From contig JBAZWK010000001.1 of NCBI GenBank assembly GCA_041660365.1, forward strand, positions 1,524 through 65,523: a stretch of 64,000 nt of DNA, given 5' to 3'. The DNA comes from Candidatus Shapirobacteria bacterium (lineage in GTDB: Bacteria; Patescibacteriota; Microgenomatia; UBA12405). Both the position numbers and the translations under genes were made by a program. Position 1 is the first letter of the stretch. The number at the start of each line of letters is the position of its first letter. The notes beneath the pieces were generated by a model. It had not been told where the DNA came from. It made no database searches and saw only the letters and a list, made by a program, of their open reading frames with translations. Positions 1 to 8,510 of the stretch are shown here, in pieces.

Positions 1-166
1 CGCCTTCGTTTAATAGCTTCCAAATCTCTTTTTGTTGTTCCTTATTTCCATTGATTAAAACGTGAGTAACGGCCTTGTACATCTCGTCAAAGGTAACCTC
101 TGGTTGTGTTTCCCCTTTCGTGTTTTCTTGTATTATCGACTTTTTTTGTGTTTTCCTTTTCACAAT
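1..166 (-). CDS. Partial hypothetical protein. The ORF runs off the window start, so only its N-terminal ~50 codons are visible, with a possible GTG start at 166
   Basis: An open minus-strand frame from about 166 to 1 has no stop before the window edge. No recognisable motif. Shorter than the ORF-track cutoff. Confidence 0.25.
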   Translation of the reverse strand, partial: MVKRKTQKKSIIQENTKGETQPEVTFDEMYKAVTHVLINGNKEQQKEIWKLLNEG

Positions 167-180
167 TTAAGTTTGATATA

Positions 181-681
181 TTAACTTTGGTTGATCTGTT
201 CAATTGGAAAGATAAATTCATTTAATAGCTTGGTGTATTTTGATTGTAGTTCGGCTGGAATTTGAGGATGAATAAATGGTGAAATGATTCCCTCTTTTTT
301 GACAATATCGCTAGCTTTATCAAAGAAGAAACCCTCAGGAGTTGCGAGAAAAAGATATGACGGTCTCCATGACTCATACATTCTCTTGGCATCAGTAAGA
401 ATTGTACTAGTACTTGGCCTCATTAAATACTTCACTTCAATAAGAAATACATCGTGTGTTTCATTGTTGATGACGGCAAAATCTGGTGCTCGTCGAATAA
501 TTTCCATTGTTTCCTGGGCTTTAATATCATCATGGCGATGAGCTAGTTCTGGAATAATTTGTTCATATCCAAAAGACAAAATAGTGAAACATCCAGCATC
601 ACGGAGCATTTGTTCAAATAGTGTTTCAGCAATTCGACCTTTAACTAAATTCTTTGAGAAATTGATTGGATCATAGTTCAT
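181..681 (-). CDS. Hypothetical protein with a PD-(D/E)xK (Hjc/Mrr-cat-like) nuclease-type core
   Basis: The order 'KGRIAETLFEQ...DFAVIN...DVFLIEVKY' gives the E...D...E-x-K arrangement of restriction-endonuclease-fold nucleases. 166 aa. Confidence 0.45.
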   Translation of the reverse strand: MNYDPINFSKNLVKGRIAETLFEQMLRDAGCFTILSFGYEQIIPELAHRHDDIKAQETMEIIRRAPDFAVINNETHDVFLIEVKYLMRPSTSTILTDAKRMYESWRPSYLFLATPEGFFFDKASDIVKKEGIISPFIHPQIPAELQSKYTKLLNEFIFPIEQINQS

Positions 682-867
682 AAATCCATTATAGCTCAGA
701 CGATTTTTTTGTGGTTTCTAAGTCTTTTTTTTATCTGCTATTTTTGATTGTTCTGTTTCGACCTGTTTGTACTTTTGGTATGCTATTTTGGCTTCCTCTG
801 ATATTTTTTGAGGGGTTTTGCCCTCTGTTGAGATAAGGAACATTAGTCGTTTCATAATTTATTTTAA

Positions 868-1266
868 TTATTTTTGTAAGGCTAAAATACTGTCTAATTT
901 TATCTTCCTGTTAGGTGACTCACCGTATTTATTAGTCTTTTCGTTGCCACTTAAATAAAATAATAAAAATAAAACATATAGCCCATATATTGGAATGTAT
1001 ACCGCTAAACCAAACCAACCATTTTTATCGTGGTCGTGTAGTCTTCTAATTGTCAAAGATAAATAATACACTAACAAGACTACGACTAAGGGTATGCTTA
1101 TAAAATTATAAAAAGGTGAAGTACTGTAATTAGGTATAAAACCTATCGGCACACAAATAAGCATAGGTAGCAAAATACCAACCCAAAAATTACCGACACT
1201 TAATCTCCCCTTAAATAAGTTTGATAGATATTCCATAGTATTATTTACCCTCCTTTGATTTATCAT
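868..1266 (-). CDS. DUF805-family inner-membrane protein
   Basis: Several TM segments plus the conserved 'RRLHDHDKNGWFGL...NKYGE' DUF805 (YhaH-like) signature. Confidence 0.6.
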   Translation of the reverse strand: MINQRRVNNTMEYLSNLFKGRLSVGNFWVGILLPMLICVPIGFIPNYSTSPFYNFISIPLVVVLLVYYLSLTIRRLHDHDKNGWFGLAVYIPIYGLYVLFLLFYLSGNEKTNKYGESPNRKIKLDSILALQK

Positions 1267-1582
1267 TTAACTGGCGATAGGTTAAAACTGATACTAAAAA
1301 GCCAATAAAAGCACTTACATAAGCCATCTTTAAGATAACAGTGTCGCCAAAACCAAACATAACACTAATTATCTGTAAGACAAAATAAGACAAAAACGAC
1401 GCTATAATCCCGACTACCCATGCAATAATAAAGGGCTTGGTTTTATAGTTGGTCAATTTTGTATATATCAACACGGGGATAAAGGGTATTACTACCGTCA
1501 TTAAAAAACCACTCACGCCGATAGCTGTTAATAAGAAAAGGGCGACAAGGCCACTACCTAACGCTATTACTATATTTTTCAT
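1241..1582 (-). CDS. Small integral membrane protein, hypothetical
   Basis: 113 aa with about four hydrophobic helices. Overlaps the downstream gene by 26 nt. Confidence 0.4.
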   Translation of the reverse strand: MKNIVIALGSGLVALFLLTAIGVSGFLMTVVIPFIPVLIYTKLTNYKTKPFIIAWVVGIIASFLSYFVLQIISVMFGFGDTVILKMAYVSAFIGFLVSVLTYRQLNDKSKEGK

Positions 1583-1637
1583 AATTATATTTTTGTTTTA
1601 CCCATTAAACGATTAAAGATATACCAAATAATTCCAC

Positions 1638-1868
1638 CTAACAAAAAGATGACGACAAACTCCATAAACACAAAAAAACGCTTTCCGTTCCTATATATTT
1701 AACTGCGTAACCTCCCGCAAGTATTCCTAAAACAACCCATCTAGGGACTAGTTTTAGTTCATGTTTACTACTACTGGACACTTTTATTGTAATAAAATCT
1801 CTAAGCCATCGACCAAATGAAATATGGCCTTGTTTGGTATTTAATAACATTTTGTCTGTTCTATTCAT
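1638..1868 (-). CDS. Small hypothetical (membrane?) protein. Possibly a degraded ORF
   Basis: 76-aa ORF with a hydrophobic stretch 'VVLGILAGGYAV'. The untranslated gap to the neighbouring gene hints at decay. Confidence 0.25.
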   Translation of the reverse strand: MNRTDKMLLNTKQGHISFGRWLRDFITIKVSSSSKHELKLVPRWVVLGILAGGYAVKYIGTESVFLCLWSLSSSFC

Positions 1869-2520
1869 GTTTATTATTGTCTAATATATTTGTAATTATT
1901 AAATGGACATGCTTATCAAGGAAATCCTTGGGCATACTTATCTTTAGTTGACCAGTTATATTGGTATCATTAATTATCCCACTTACCTTTTTATTGTCTA
2001 TTAAAAAATTTTCCTGGTTAGGATTTGATGCAAAAATTTGTGTTGTTCCGACTAAAAACTTAGCTGCGTTCTTTTTATTCAACTTTTCTCTTGCTCTAAG
2101 AATCGCAGTAATATGAAGTTTGTCTTTTTCGGCCTTTAGATATTCCCCGTATTTTTGATAAAGTTCTTCCATATACTCCTCTGGAGGAAAAAGATGTTTT
2201 GTAGTGAATATAAAAATATCAAGTAATCCCATTGCTAAGAATATTTTATCTTCAGGCGACTTATTGGATCCTTTAATTCCGTTAAGAACATCAATCAATC
2301 CCATAGTCAAAACTTCCTTAGTAATAAATTTATCCAGTTCAAACTTTTTTGGAAACATTTCTTCAACAATACTGCCGTGTTTTGGCCTTTTAGCATACCC
2401 ATAACACTGCCATAAACTATTATCTAATAGTGGATTCATTGCCGTTCCGGCAAGATAATTAATAAGGTCATTTATATCCGTAGTTTTTGCCTTATCCGTG
2501 TTGTTAATTTGTGTAGTCAT
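1861..2520 (-). CDS. Hypothetical protein
   Basis: 219-aa ORF with no recognisable motif. Sits in the accessory region. Confidence 0.4.
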   Translation of the reverse strand: MTTQINNTDKAKTTDINDLINYLAGTAMNPLLDNSLWQCYGYAKRPKHGSIVEEMFPKKFELDKFITKEVLTMGLIDVLNGIKGSNKSPEDKIFLAMGLLDIFIFTTKHLFPPEEYMEELYQKYGEYLKAEKDKLHITAILRAREKLNKKNAAKFLVGTTQIFASNPNQENFLIDNKKVSGIINDTNITGQLKISMPKDFLDKHVHLIITNILDNNKHE

Positions 2521-2640
2521 CTTTTGTTTATCCTCGACTTTATTATTAGTTTTATTAAGTTGATTATATTACTTTTTCAAGCGAACCATTGACCCGGACT
2601 AAAACCTATTTGTATGAATAACTAATACTAATTAATTTAA

Positions 2641-3081
2641 CTAGTACAGAGAAAAATACAAAATTGGAATCGCTAACCAAGGTAAAAATGCAGATATGTA
2701 ATATAAGGCATTTTTTTTCATTAATTTTGGATCGGTTTTTTTATCATGCTTTATATCCCACAATAAATCTGGCAGTCTTCCAAACATAATTATTATTGTC
2801 GCTATTACAACTCCTATATTCCAAATGCGAAATAGTAAATAAAAAAAGGTGATGTTTAATATTAAAGCAATAATAGTAGTTCGTTTTTGTTGATGTATAT
2901 ATTCTTTATCCTTACCTACAATTGTAATAAATTCTGGTGCTTCTTTTTTTATTCTATTAAGTTCTTGTTGTGGAAATAAACCTCTTATAAAAAGACCTAA
3001 AAGATTTACACTTAAAATCATTAAAATAATGCAAAATGCCACAGATATCAAAATATGTGAAATCATAGTTAATAATAACAC
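2641..3081 (-). CDS. Integral membrane protein, hypothetical
   Basis: 146 aa with four predicted TM helices. Confidence 0.4.
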   Translation of the reverse strand: MLLLTMISHILISVAFCIILMILSVNLLGLFIRGLFPQQELNRIKKEAPEFITIVGKDKEYIHQQKRTTIIALILNITFFYLLFRIWNIGVVIATIIIMFGRLPDLLWDIKHDKKTDPKLMKKNALYYISAFLPWLAIPILYFSLY

Positions 3082-3290
3082 TCAGTATTTATTACCTAAT
3101 GGAGTTAACTTGGAACTAGATTAAAAATAAATGGAAACAACCAAAAGATTTATTCTTTAGTATCAATCAAACGAAACTATAAGATTAAAAATCAATTCTA
3201 GTATCCAACAACAATACCCATAAATACCAAGTTTTTAATAGTCTCTTAAGAGGTATAATGTTTTATATTTATCACTTAATAAAATAGAAT

Positions 3291-5096
3291 ATGAAATTAA
3301 ATAATTTTAGAATTCAAAATTATAAATCCATAAAAGATAGTGGAGTTTGTTACTTGTCGGAAAATGACAATATTTTAGTTCTTGCAGGACAAAATGAATC
3401 GGGGAAAAGTTCAATTTTACAAGCTTTAGCAGATTTTTATTCAGGGGAATTGCACCCATATGCAATGAGAAAATTTGATTCCACTACATTTTTTCCTTCA
3501 ATGGATTGTACTTTTAATGTGGATGGAGGCAATTTAGATATTAATCAAATACTAAAAGACTTAGCTTTACCAGAAGAAATGGGTGAATATTTTAGAAAGT
3601 TAGATAAATTTATTATTATTAGAGTTTTTACTTCTCAAACAGAATCTATCTTAAGAGTTGACGATGATACTCATAATGAATTTATTACAGCTATCAAAAA
3701 GATTAATGAAAAAACCAGAAAAAATAAACCCCCATCTAAAACAGAAGGACAGGAGAAGGAAGATGGAGGTGAAGGAATCAATGAAATTAAATTAATAGAT
3801 GAAGAATTATCAAAAGAAGATTTGGGTGATATTTTATTTTCTTATACTACAAAAATAATTTTTTTTGATGACTTGAGAAATTTATTACCAGAAAAAATTT
3901 ATATATCAAGCTTAATCAACAATGAAACTGATGTCGATGGTTATATTGCTGTCAAAAATATTGAAACTATTCTTGGTGAAGATTTTACTAAATTTTCAGA
4001 GCTTGAAGATGGAGTTAGGGAATCACGTCGTGAAACATGTAATAGAACTATTACAGCAGATTTTAATGAAAAGTGGAAACAACAAATATTTAGTGATAGC
4101 AAAACAAAAATATCAATTCAATTTAATCAGGGTGGTCAAAGCGACAAAGGTCCATATCTAAACTTTTTTATTGTAACTAAAGAAAATGAATATCTGATTC
4201 CACAACAAAGAAGCCAAGGCTTTAGATGGTTTCTTTCGTTTTATTTAAGACTAAAAGCAGAAAGTAAAGCCAATGATAAATTAATAATTTTATTCGATGA
4301 ACCAGGACTATTTTTACATTCTAAAGCTCAAAATGATATGAAAAACCTTTTTGAAGAATTAGCCCAAAAAGACCAAATAATATATTCTACTCATTCTCCA
4401 TATCTGATTGATTCAGATCATCTAAACAGGGTTAGGTTAATATTAAATGATAAAAATGATGGTACTAAAATTGAAAAAATAACAGCTAAAATATCTGATA
4501 ATCAACAAGATGCCCTCAAACCTATTGCTGATGCTGTAGGACTGGATATTGCTCATTGTTTTTCACTCATATCTAAAAAAAATGTCATAGTAGAAGGAAT
4601 TTCTGATTTTTATTATTTTGTTGCAATGAAAAAAATATTAGAGATAAACGATGACTTTTCATTTATTCCGTCAGTTGGTGCAACTCAGGTTCATCTTTTG
4701 ATGGAACTATGTATTGGTTGGGGTTTGTCTTGGTTAATTATATTTGATGATGATTCACAATCAAATAATGCCTACCGAAACATTAAGAAAAACTTTTTTG
4801 ATAACAAAGAAAATGATGTAAAAAAGAAAATTTATTTAACAAAAGATATTGATGGTATCGAAAACATGTTTGAGTCAGAAGACTTAAATTTAGTTGATTC
4901 ATCAGCAAATTTTAACAATTCAGAAAAAAATTCAGTACATGTTAAAACTGTTGGTGGTAAAGAATTATATTCTCGGTTATTTTTTGAAAAAGTAAATAGC
5001 GGTGAAATCAAAAAAACACAAATTTCAAGAGAAGCCATTGCTAATTTTCAAAAATCATTCGATTTTATACAAACAAATCTAATTTTGTTAAATTAA
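3291..5096 (+). CDS. OLD-family ATP-dependent endonuclease (N-terminal ABC-type ATPase fused to a C-terminal Toprim). Class-1 OLD / GajA-like
   Basis: N-terminal 'LVLAGQNESGKSSILQAL' is a Walker A. 'LIILFDEPGLFLH' is a Walker B with D-loop and 'STHSP' is the H-loop. The C-terminal Toprim shows 'VIVEGISDFYY' and 'WLIIFDDD' (DxD). A TATAAT -10 box sits at about 3255. Confidence 0.7.
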   Translation: MKLNNFRIQNYKSIKDSGVCYLSENDNILVLAGQNESGKSSILQALADFYSGELHPYAMRKFDSTTFFPSMDCTFNVDGGNLDINQILKDLALPEEMGEYFRKLDKFIIIRVFTSQTESILRVDDDTHNEFITAIKKINEKTRKNKPPSKTEGQEKEDGGEGINEIKLIDEELSKEDLGDILFSYTTKIIFFDDLRNLLPEKIYISSLINNETDVDGYIAVKNIETILGEDFTKFSELEDGVRESRRETCNRTITADFNEKWKQQIFSDSKTKISIQFNQGGQSDKGPYLNFFIVTKENEYLIPQQRSQGFRWFLSFYLRLKAESKANDKLIILFDEPGLFLHSKAQNDMKNLFEELAQKDQIIYSTHSPYLIDSDHLNRVRLILNDKNDGTKIEKITAKISDNQQDALKPIADAVGLDIAHCFSLISKKNVIVEGISDFYYFVAMKKILEINDDFSFIPSVGATQVHLLMELCIGWGLSWLIIFDDDSQSNNAYRNIKKNFFDNKENDVKKKIYLTKDIDGIENMFESEDLNLVDSSANFNNSEKNSVHVKTVGGKELYSRLFFEKVNSGEIKKTQISREAIANFQKSFDFIQTNLILLN

Positions 5097-5311
5097 AACT
5101 TAAACAGTTCCCAAAGTTCAATATTCAATGCTTCAGCTATTCTTGCAATTGTTTTAATTGTCGGTTTTCTTTCTGCCCTCTCAATATACCCAATGAATGC
5201 ACGATTCAAACCAGTATCTAACGCAATATCTTCCTGAGTAAGGTTTTTTTCACCCCTTAGTTTTACAATCTTTTTACCTAAATTTTTATAAATTAGTTCC
5301 GTGTCAATCAC
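5093..5311 (-). CDS. XRE-family helix-turn-helix transcriptional regulator
   Basis: 72 aa. 'LTQEDIALDTGLNRAFIGYIERAERKPTIKTIARIAEAL' is the classic Cro/C1 HTH. Its stop overlaps the OLD gene stop tail-to-tail over 5093-5096. Confidence 0.8.
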   Translation of the reverse strand: MIDTELIYKNLGKKIVKLRGEKNLTQEDIALDTGLNRAFIGYIERAERKPTIKTIARIAEALNIELWELFKF

Positions 5312-5642
5312 AATAGAATTTTCCCTAAATACTGACCCTTGGTCGACTTACTGGTGGTATACTTTGTTCAACATGAAAGATAAACTACTTTCGATTGATA
5401 ACTCTCTTTTGGAATTGGCACGTTTTATTGTTATGTTATTTTTAATAGCTTTAGTTTTTGGAATAGGGTTCATTTTAATGGTTTTTAGTGCATTTAGTGC
5501 AGCTCCAATAATATGGATTTTTATGGGTGGCTTTACTAATACCTGGTTTTTATTTCCTTTTAGTATCCTTAGTATTTATCTATTTAGAGTTTGGATTAAA
5601 ATAAGCCCAAAAATAATAGAAATAATAAACCCAAAAAAATAA
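5301..5642 (+). CDS. Small membrane protein, hypothetical. The start may be the internal Met at 5373
   Basis: Hydrophobic helices 'FIVMLFLIALVFGIGFILMVF' and 'IIWIFMGGF'. Divergent from the XRE gene. Confidence 0.4.
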   Translation: MSITIEFSLNTDPWSTYWWYTLFNMKDKLLSIDNSLLELARFIVMLFLIALVFGIGFILMVFSAFSAAPIIWIFMGGFTNTWFLFPFSILSIYLFRVWIKISPKIIEIINPKK

Positions 5643-5643
5643 A

Positions 5644-6615
5644 ATGAAAAAATTCTTAAAAGTTCTATTTGTTTTAATAATGATTGTGGTTATTTCAATT
5701 GGAGCTTATTTAACTTATAAAGGAATTTCATATGCCAAAACTAAAACCAGTGATTTTATTGTCGATGAGGCAAACATTTTAGATGACAGAACTAAACAAT
5801 ATATCATTAGTATGATTGATGCTGGAGGTTACAAGGGAAAAATTGGTGTTGTGATTACTAAATCAACCAAACCACTAACTATAAAGGAATATGCCACTAA
5901 AATTGATCTTAATTGGGTAATGGAGAAAAACTTTTCAAGAAACGGAGTGATTATTTTTTACGCTGTTGATGACCCTAATTTTTTGGTTCAACATAGTTTA
6001 ACTTCAAATAGTTTAATAAATTTAGATCAGGCACAAAAAATAATTGAAATATCGACATCTTTTATAAGGAACAGTCAAAACAGTGAGGCAATAGTTCAAG
6101 GAGTAAAAGCAACAATAGACTTAGCTTCTGGAAAAGAATTATCTCCAATTCCAACATCAGTTCCCGAGACAACTCCTACTTCTACCTCGACTCCTACAAA
6201 AACAGGTAAACAACCACTTCCTGTATTGAAAGGAAGTAGTATTTTTAGTTTTGTAAATCAATATCGAGCAAGCAAAGGTTTACCTTTTCTCTCAGTATCA
6301 GATGAATTATGTAAACTCGCCGAAAAAAGAGCCGATCTAATGATGGCGAACAATATGGAGGCATTCAAAAAAAGTGGTACTGGCAATCATTATCAATTTG
6401 ATGATGTTCAATATTCAGGTAATGGAGTCGGTGAAAATATAGCAGCTAACTTAGGAAGAGATAAAGATGTAGTTGAGAAATGGAAAACATCACCACCCCA
6501 CAATGAATTAATGCTTTGGACAGAAAAAGAAGGAACTCAAATAACTAAAGGGTGTGTCGCGACTAGAGTGTCAGAGGTCGGATCAATTGTTGTATTATTA
6601 GTTGGAGACAAATAA
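5644..6615 (+). CDS. Secreted or membrane-anchored protein with an N-terminal TPM-like domain and a C-terminal CAP (SCP/PR-1/YkwD-like) domain
   Basis: N-terminal TM/signal. 'DEANILDDRTKQYII...GKIGVVITKS' is TPM-like. A Thr/Pro/Ser linker follows. The C-terminal 'GENIAANLG...VEKWKTSPPHNELML' is the CAP-domain signature. Confidence 0.55.
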   Translation: MKKFLKVLFVLIMIVVISIGAYLTYKGISYAKTKTSDFIVDEANILDDRTKQYIISMIDAGGYKGKIGVVITKSTKPLTIKEYATKIDLNWVMEKNFSRNGVIIFYAVDDPNFLVQHSLTSNSLINLDQAQKIIEISTSFIRNSQNSEAIVQGVKATIDLASGKELSPIPTSVPETTPTSTSTPTKTGKQPLPVLKGSSIFSFVNQYRASKGLPFLSVSDELCKLAEKRADLMMANNMEAFKKSGTGNHYQFDDVQYSGNGVGENIAANLGRDKDVVEKWKTSPPHNELMLWTEKEGTQITKGCVATRVSEVGSIVVLLVGDK

Positions 6616-6627
6616 ATTCAAATAATA

Positions 6628-7086
6628 ATGGGGCAAGATAATGAATATTTAATTAATACGGAAAATATCAAGGTCAGAACCGATTTGGTGGCAAAAATTG
6701 TCATAATTGGAGTTGTTTTATGGATAGTAATGAAATTATTAATTGGCTATTTTGGTAATAATGAGATTGGAAGTTTTTTTGAAAAAAGTAACTACACTAC
6801 TCAATACTGGGTATATCTGCAACCAGAAAATACTCAAACAAAAAATTACAGAATAAAAGCAGATATTCATCATTATGTAGAACCAGGAGATGAAGATTAT
6901 AGTGGTGGAGATAGATATGTTTTGGAAAAAGTTTATTGGGAAAATGGAGGACACTCAGATTTTGATGACTGTGAAATCAGTGATTCTATTTTAAGTAAGA
7001 ATGACAAAAACAATTACACTAACTGTTTTGATGATAATCACAATTACTACAAAATAAGATTGGATGAAAAAGTAAATGAAAAATAA
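6628..7086 (+). CDS. Hypothetical protein with an N-terminal TM anchor
   Basis: 152 aa. TM 'IVIIGVVLWIVMKLLIGYF' followed by a Cys/Asp/Tyr-rich soluble part. Confidence 0.4.
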   Translation: MGQDNEYLINTENIKVRTDLVAKIVIIGVVLWIVMKLLIGYFGNNEIGSFFEKSNYTTQYWVYLQPENTQTKNYRIKADIHHYVEPGDEDYSGGDRYVLEKVYWENGGHSDFDDCEISDSILSKNDKNNYTNCFDDNHNYYKIRLDEKVNEK

Positions 7087-8077
7087 AACAAAAAAAATTT
7101 CCAACAAAATAAAACTAGCAATTCCTCTTGTATTAATTCTTTCAATCTTAATAGTATTCTTTGGCAATAATAGTTCTAATAATTCAAATAGAGGCGTACC
7201 AGAGGCGTTATCAGAGGACCCAGGACGTGCAAACTCGTGTGAAACTGATATTGTTAAGGCCTTCGATAAAAATGGAACATTAAAAGTTTCAAATCAGGTT
7301 CAAAACACAAAATTAAGTTGGAAAGATAAAAAATATGAGACTTTTGTTTTAGACTGCCCAAACGAAGAAGAGTCTTTTAATAAAGTTTTTATTTTGAAAA
7401 ACAGTGAAGGCAAAATAATCTTTTCAATGACAGACGAAAGATTTGATAAAGCCGAAATCAAAGATATTAATAAAGATGACATTGCTGAGTTAGTAGTAGC
7501 TCATGGGAATAGTGGAAATTGTTTCAACTGCCAAGGTCAATCAGTTTTCCAAATAATTAATGACACAGTAAAGGATTTATTATCAAATTTACCAAAATCT
7601 GAAGGTTCAGAACATGCCAATGTTTGGCTATCAGATATTAATAATGATGGGATTGAAGACATAATGCTTAGAGATGATAGTTGGGAAATGCACGAAGGAT
7701 TTTTTCATTCAAATTCACCGAGTCATACTCAAATACTTACTTGGAATAATGGCGAATACCAACAAGGTGGTGAAATGTTTTCAAAATATTATCTCAATCA
7801 AATTAGTGAGAGAAACAAGGAAGTTACAAAACTCTTAAAAAGCAAAAATACTGGATTGAATGACATTGTCAGCTTGGCAATAGAAAATTATTGGGACTCT
7901 CAAGAGATAGGTAGGAACGATGAAGGCTACGCCAATTTTATTCTTCAAACAAATTTAGAAACTCTTCCAAAAACAATCGCAATTAATGACAGTGATAAAA
8001 TCTGGCTTTTGGGAATTAGAAATGAAATCGAGAAAGAATACAAAGAAGCCAGACCAACAATAACACCATTGTATTAA
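7076..8077 (+). CDS. Hypothetical secreted protein
   Basis: 333 aa with an N-terminal signal/TM 'IPLVLILSILIVFF'. No known motif. Overlaps the upstream gene by 11 nt, suggesting an operon. Confidence 0.4.
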   Translation: MKNKTKKISNKIKLAIPLVLILSILIVFFGNNSSNNSNRGVPEALSEDPGRANSCETDIVKAFDKNGTLKVSNQVQNTKLSWKDKKYETFVLDCPNEEESFNKVFILKNSEGKIIFSMTDERFDKAEIKDINKDDIAELVVAHGNSGNCFNCQGQSVFQIINDTVKDLLSNLPKSEGSEHANVWLSDINNDGIEDIMLRDDSWEMHEGFFHSNSPSHTQILTWNNGEYQQGGEMFSKYYLNQISERNKEVTKLLKSKNTGLNDIVSLAIENYWDSQEIGRNDEGYANFILQTNLETLPKTIAINDSDKIWLLGIRNEIEKEYKEARPTITPLY

Positions 8078-8379
8078 GACCCCTCGGTAAAATTTGAAAA
8101 ACGGACTCGGCTAACGATTCTTTAACAATATTTATGAGCAAGCACCCACTTGTAATGGCGTCATTAAAAACCCATCTTTCCATCAAATGTTTACTTTTCG
8201 ATATGATTAAATTAACTACTCAATATCCTGATTATCATCAGCAATAGAGCCATAATCATAATGTAATTTAGAGTTTTATAGTTTATTTTTGTGTTTTTTT
8301 TCATTTTTTTTACGGTTTAAGAGATATTTGAACCCCTCGATATTTTTTTATTTTTTTTAATGGCTTCATGATTTTTTCT

Positions 8380-8474
8380 GGGAGTCACTCCCCCTTTTTT
8401 GAGCTACAGATACGGCTTTGAGTAACCATTGGCTGTAGCTCTCGGAAGCACTTCCTTTTAGTTACACCATCACT
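8380..8474 (+). promoter_or_regulatory. Cluster of three stem-loops in the 430-bp spacer downstream of the primase gene. On the plus strand, GGGAG-tca-CTCCC and GGAAG-ca-CTTCC are each followed by a T-run (terminator-like). Between them is the 9-bp-stem hairpin GAGCTACAG...CTGTAGCTC
   Basis: The palindromes are read directly from the sequence. The T-runs fall on the plus strand. Confidence 0.35.
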
Positions 8475-8510
8475 CCTGAGTTAATGACACAGTGAAAAAG
8501 TCCAGGCATA

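Noticed and set aside
284-541. Plus-strand 85-aa ORF, and similar antisense ORFs at 2204..2404, 3922..4161, 4832..5038, 6739..6954, 8521..8745, 8965..9183, 9326..9511, 12036..12224, 15142..15363, 16502..16723, 18467..18661, 19114..19609, 19736..19918, 20473..21018, 21403..22180, 22355..22564, 22617..22841, 23137..23370, 24302..24520, 27015..27281, 30539..30730, 31028..31249, 33282..33488, 34308..34541, 34660..34926, 37571..37804, 38443..38655, 41102..41290, 41969..42154, 43019..43252, 45240..45455, 46052..46276, 46401..46604, 50282..50497, 50828..51107, 56698..56886, 56848..57117, 57434..57688, 60177..60371 and 63256..63490
   Set aside because: Each lies entirely inside, and antisense to or out of frame with, a longer ORF that has clear family motifs. 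Their compositions are low-complexity shadows of the real frame.
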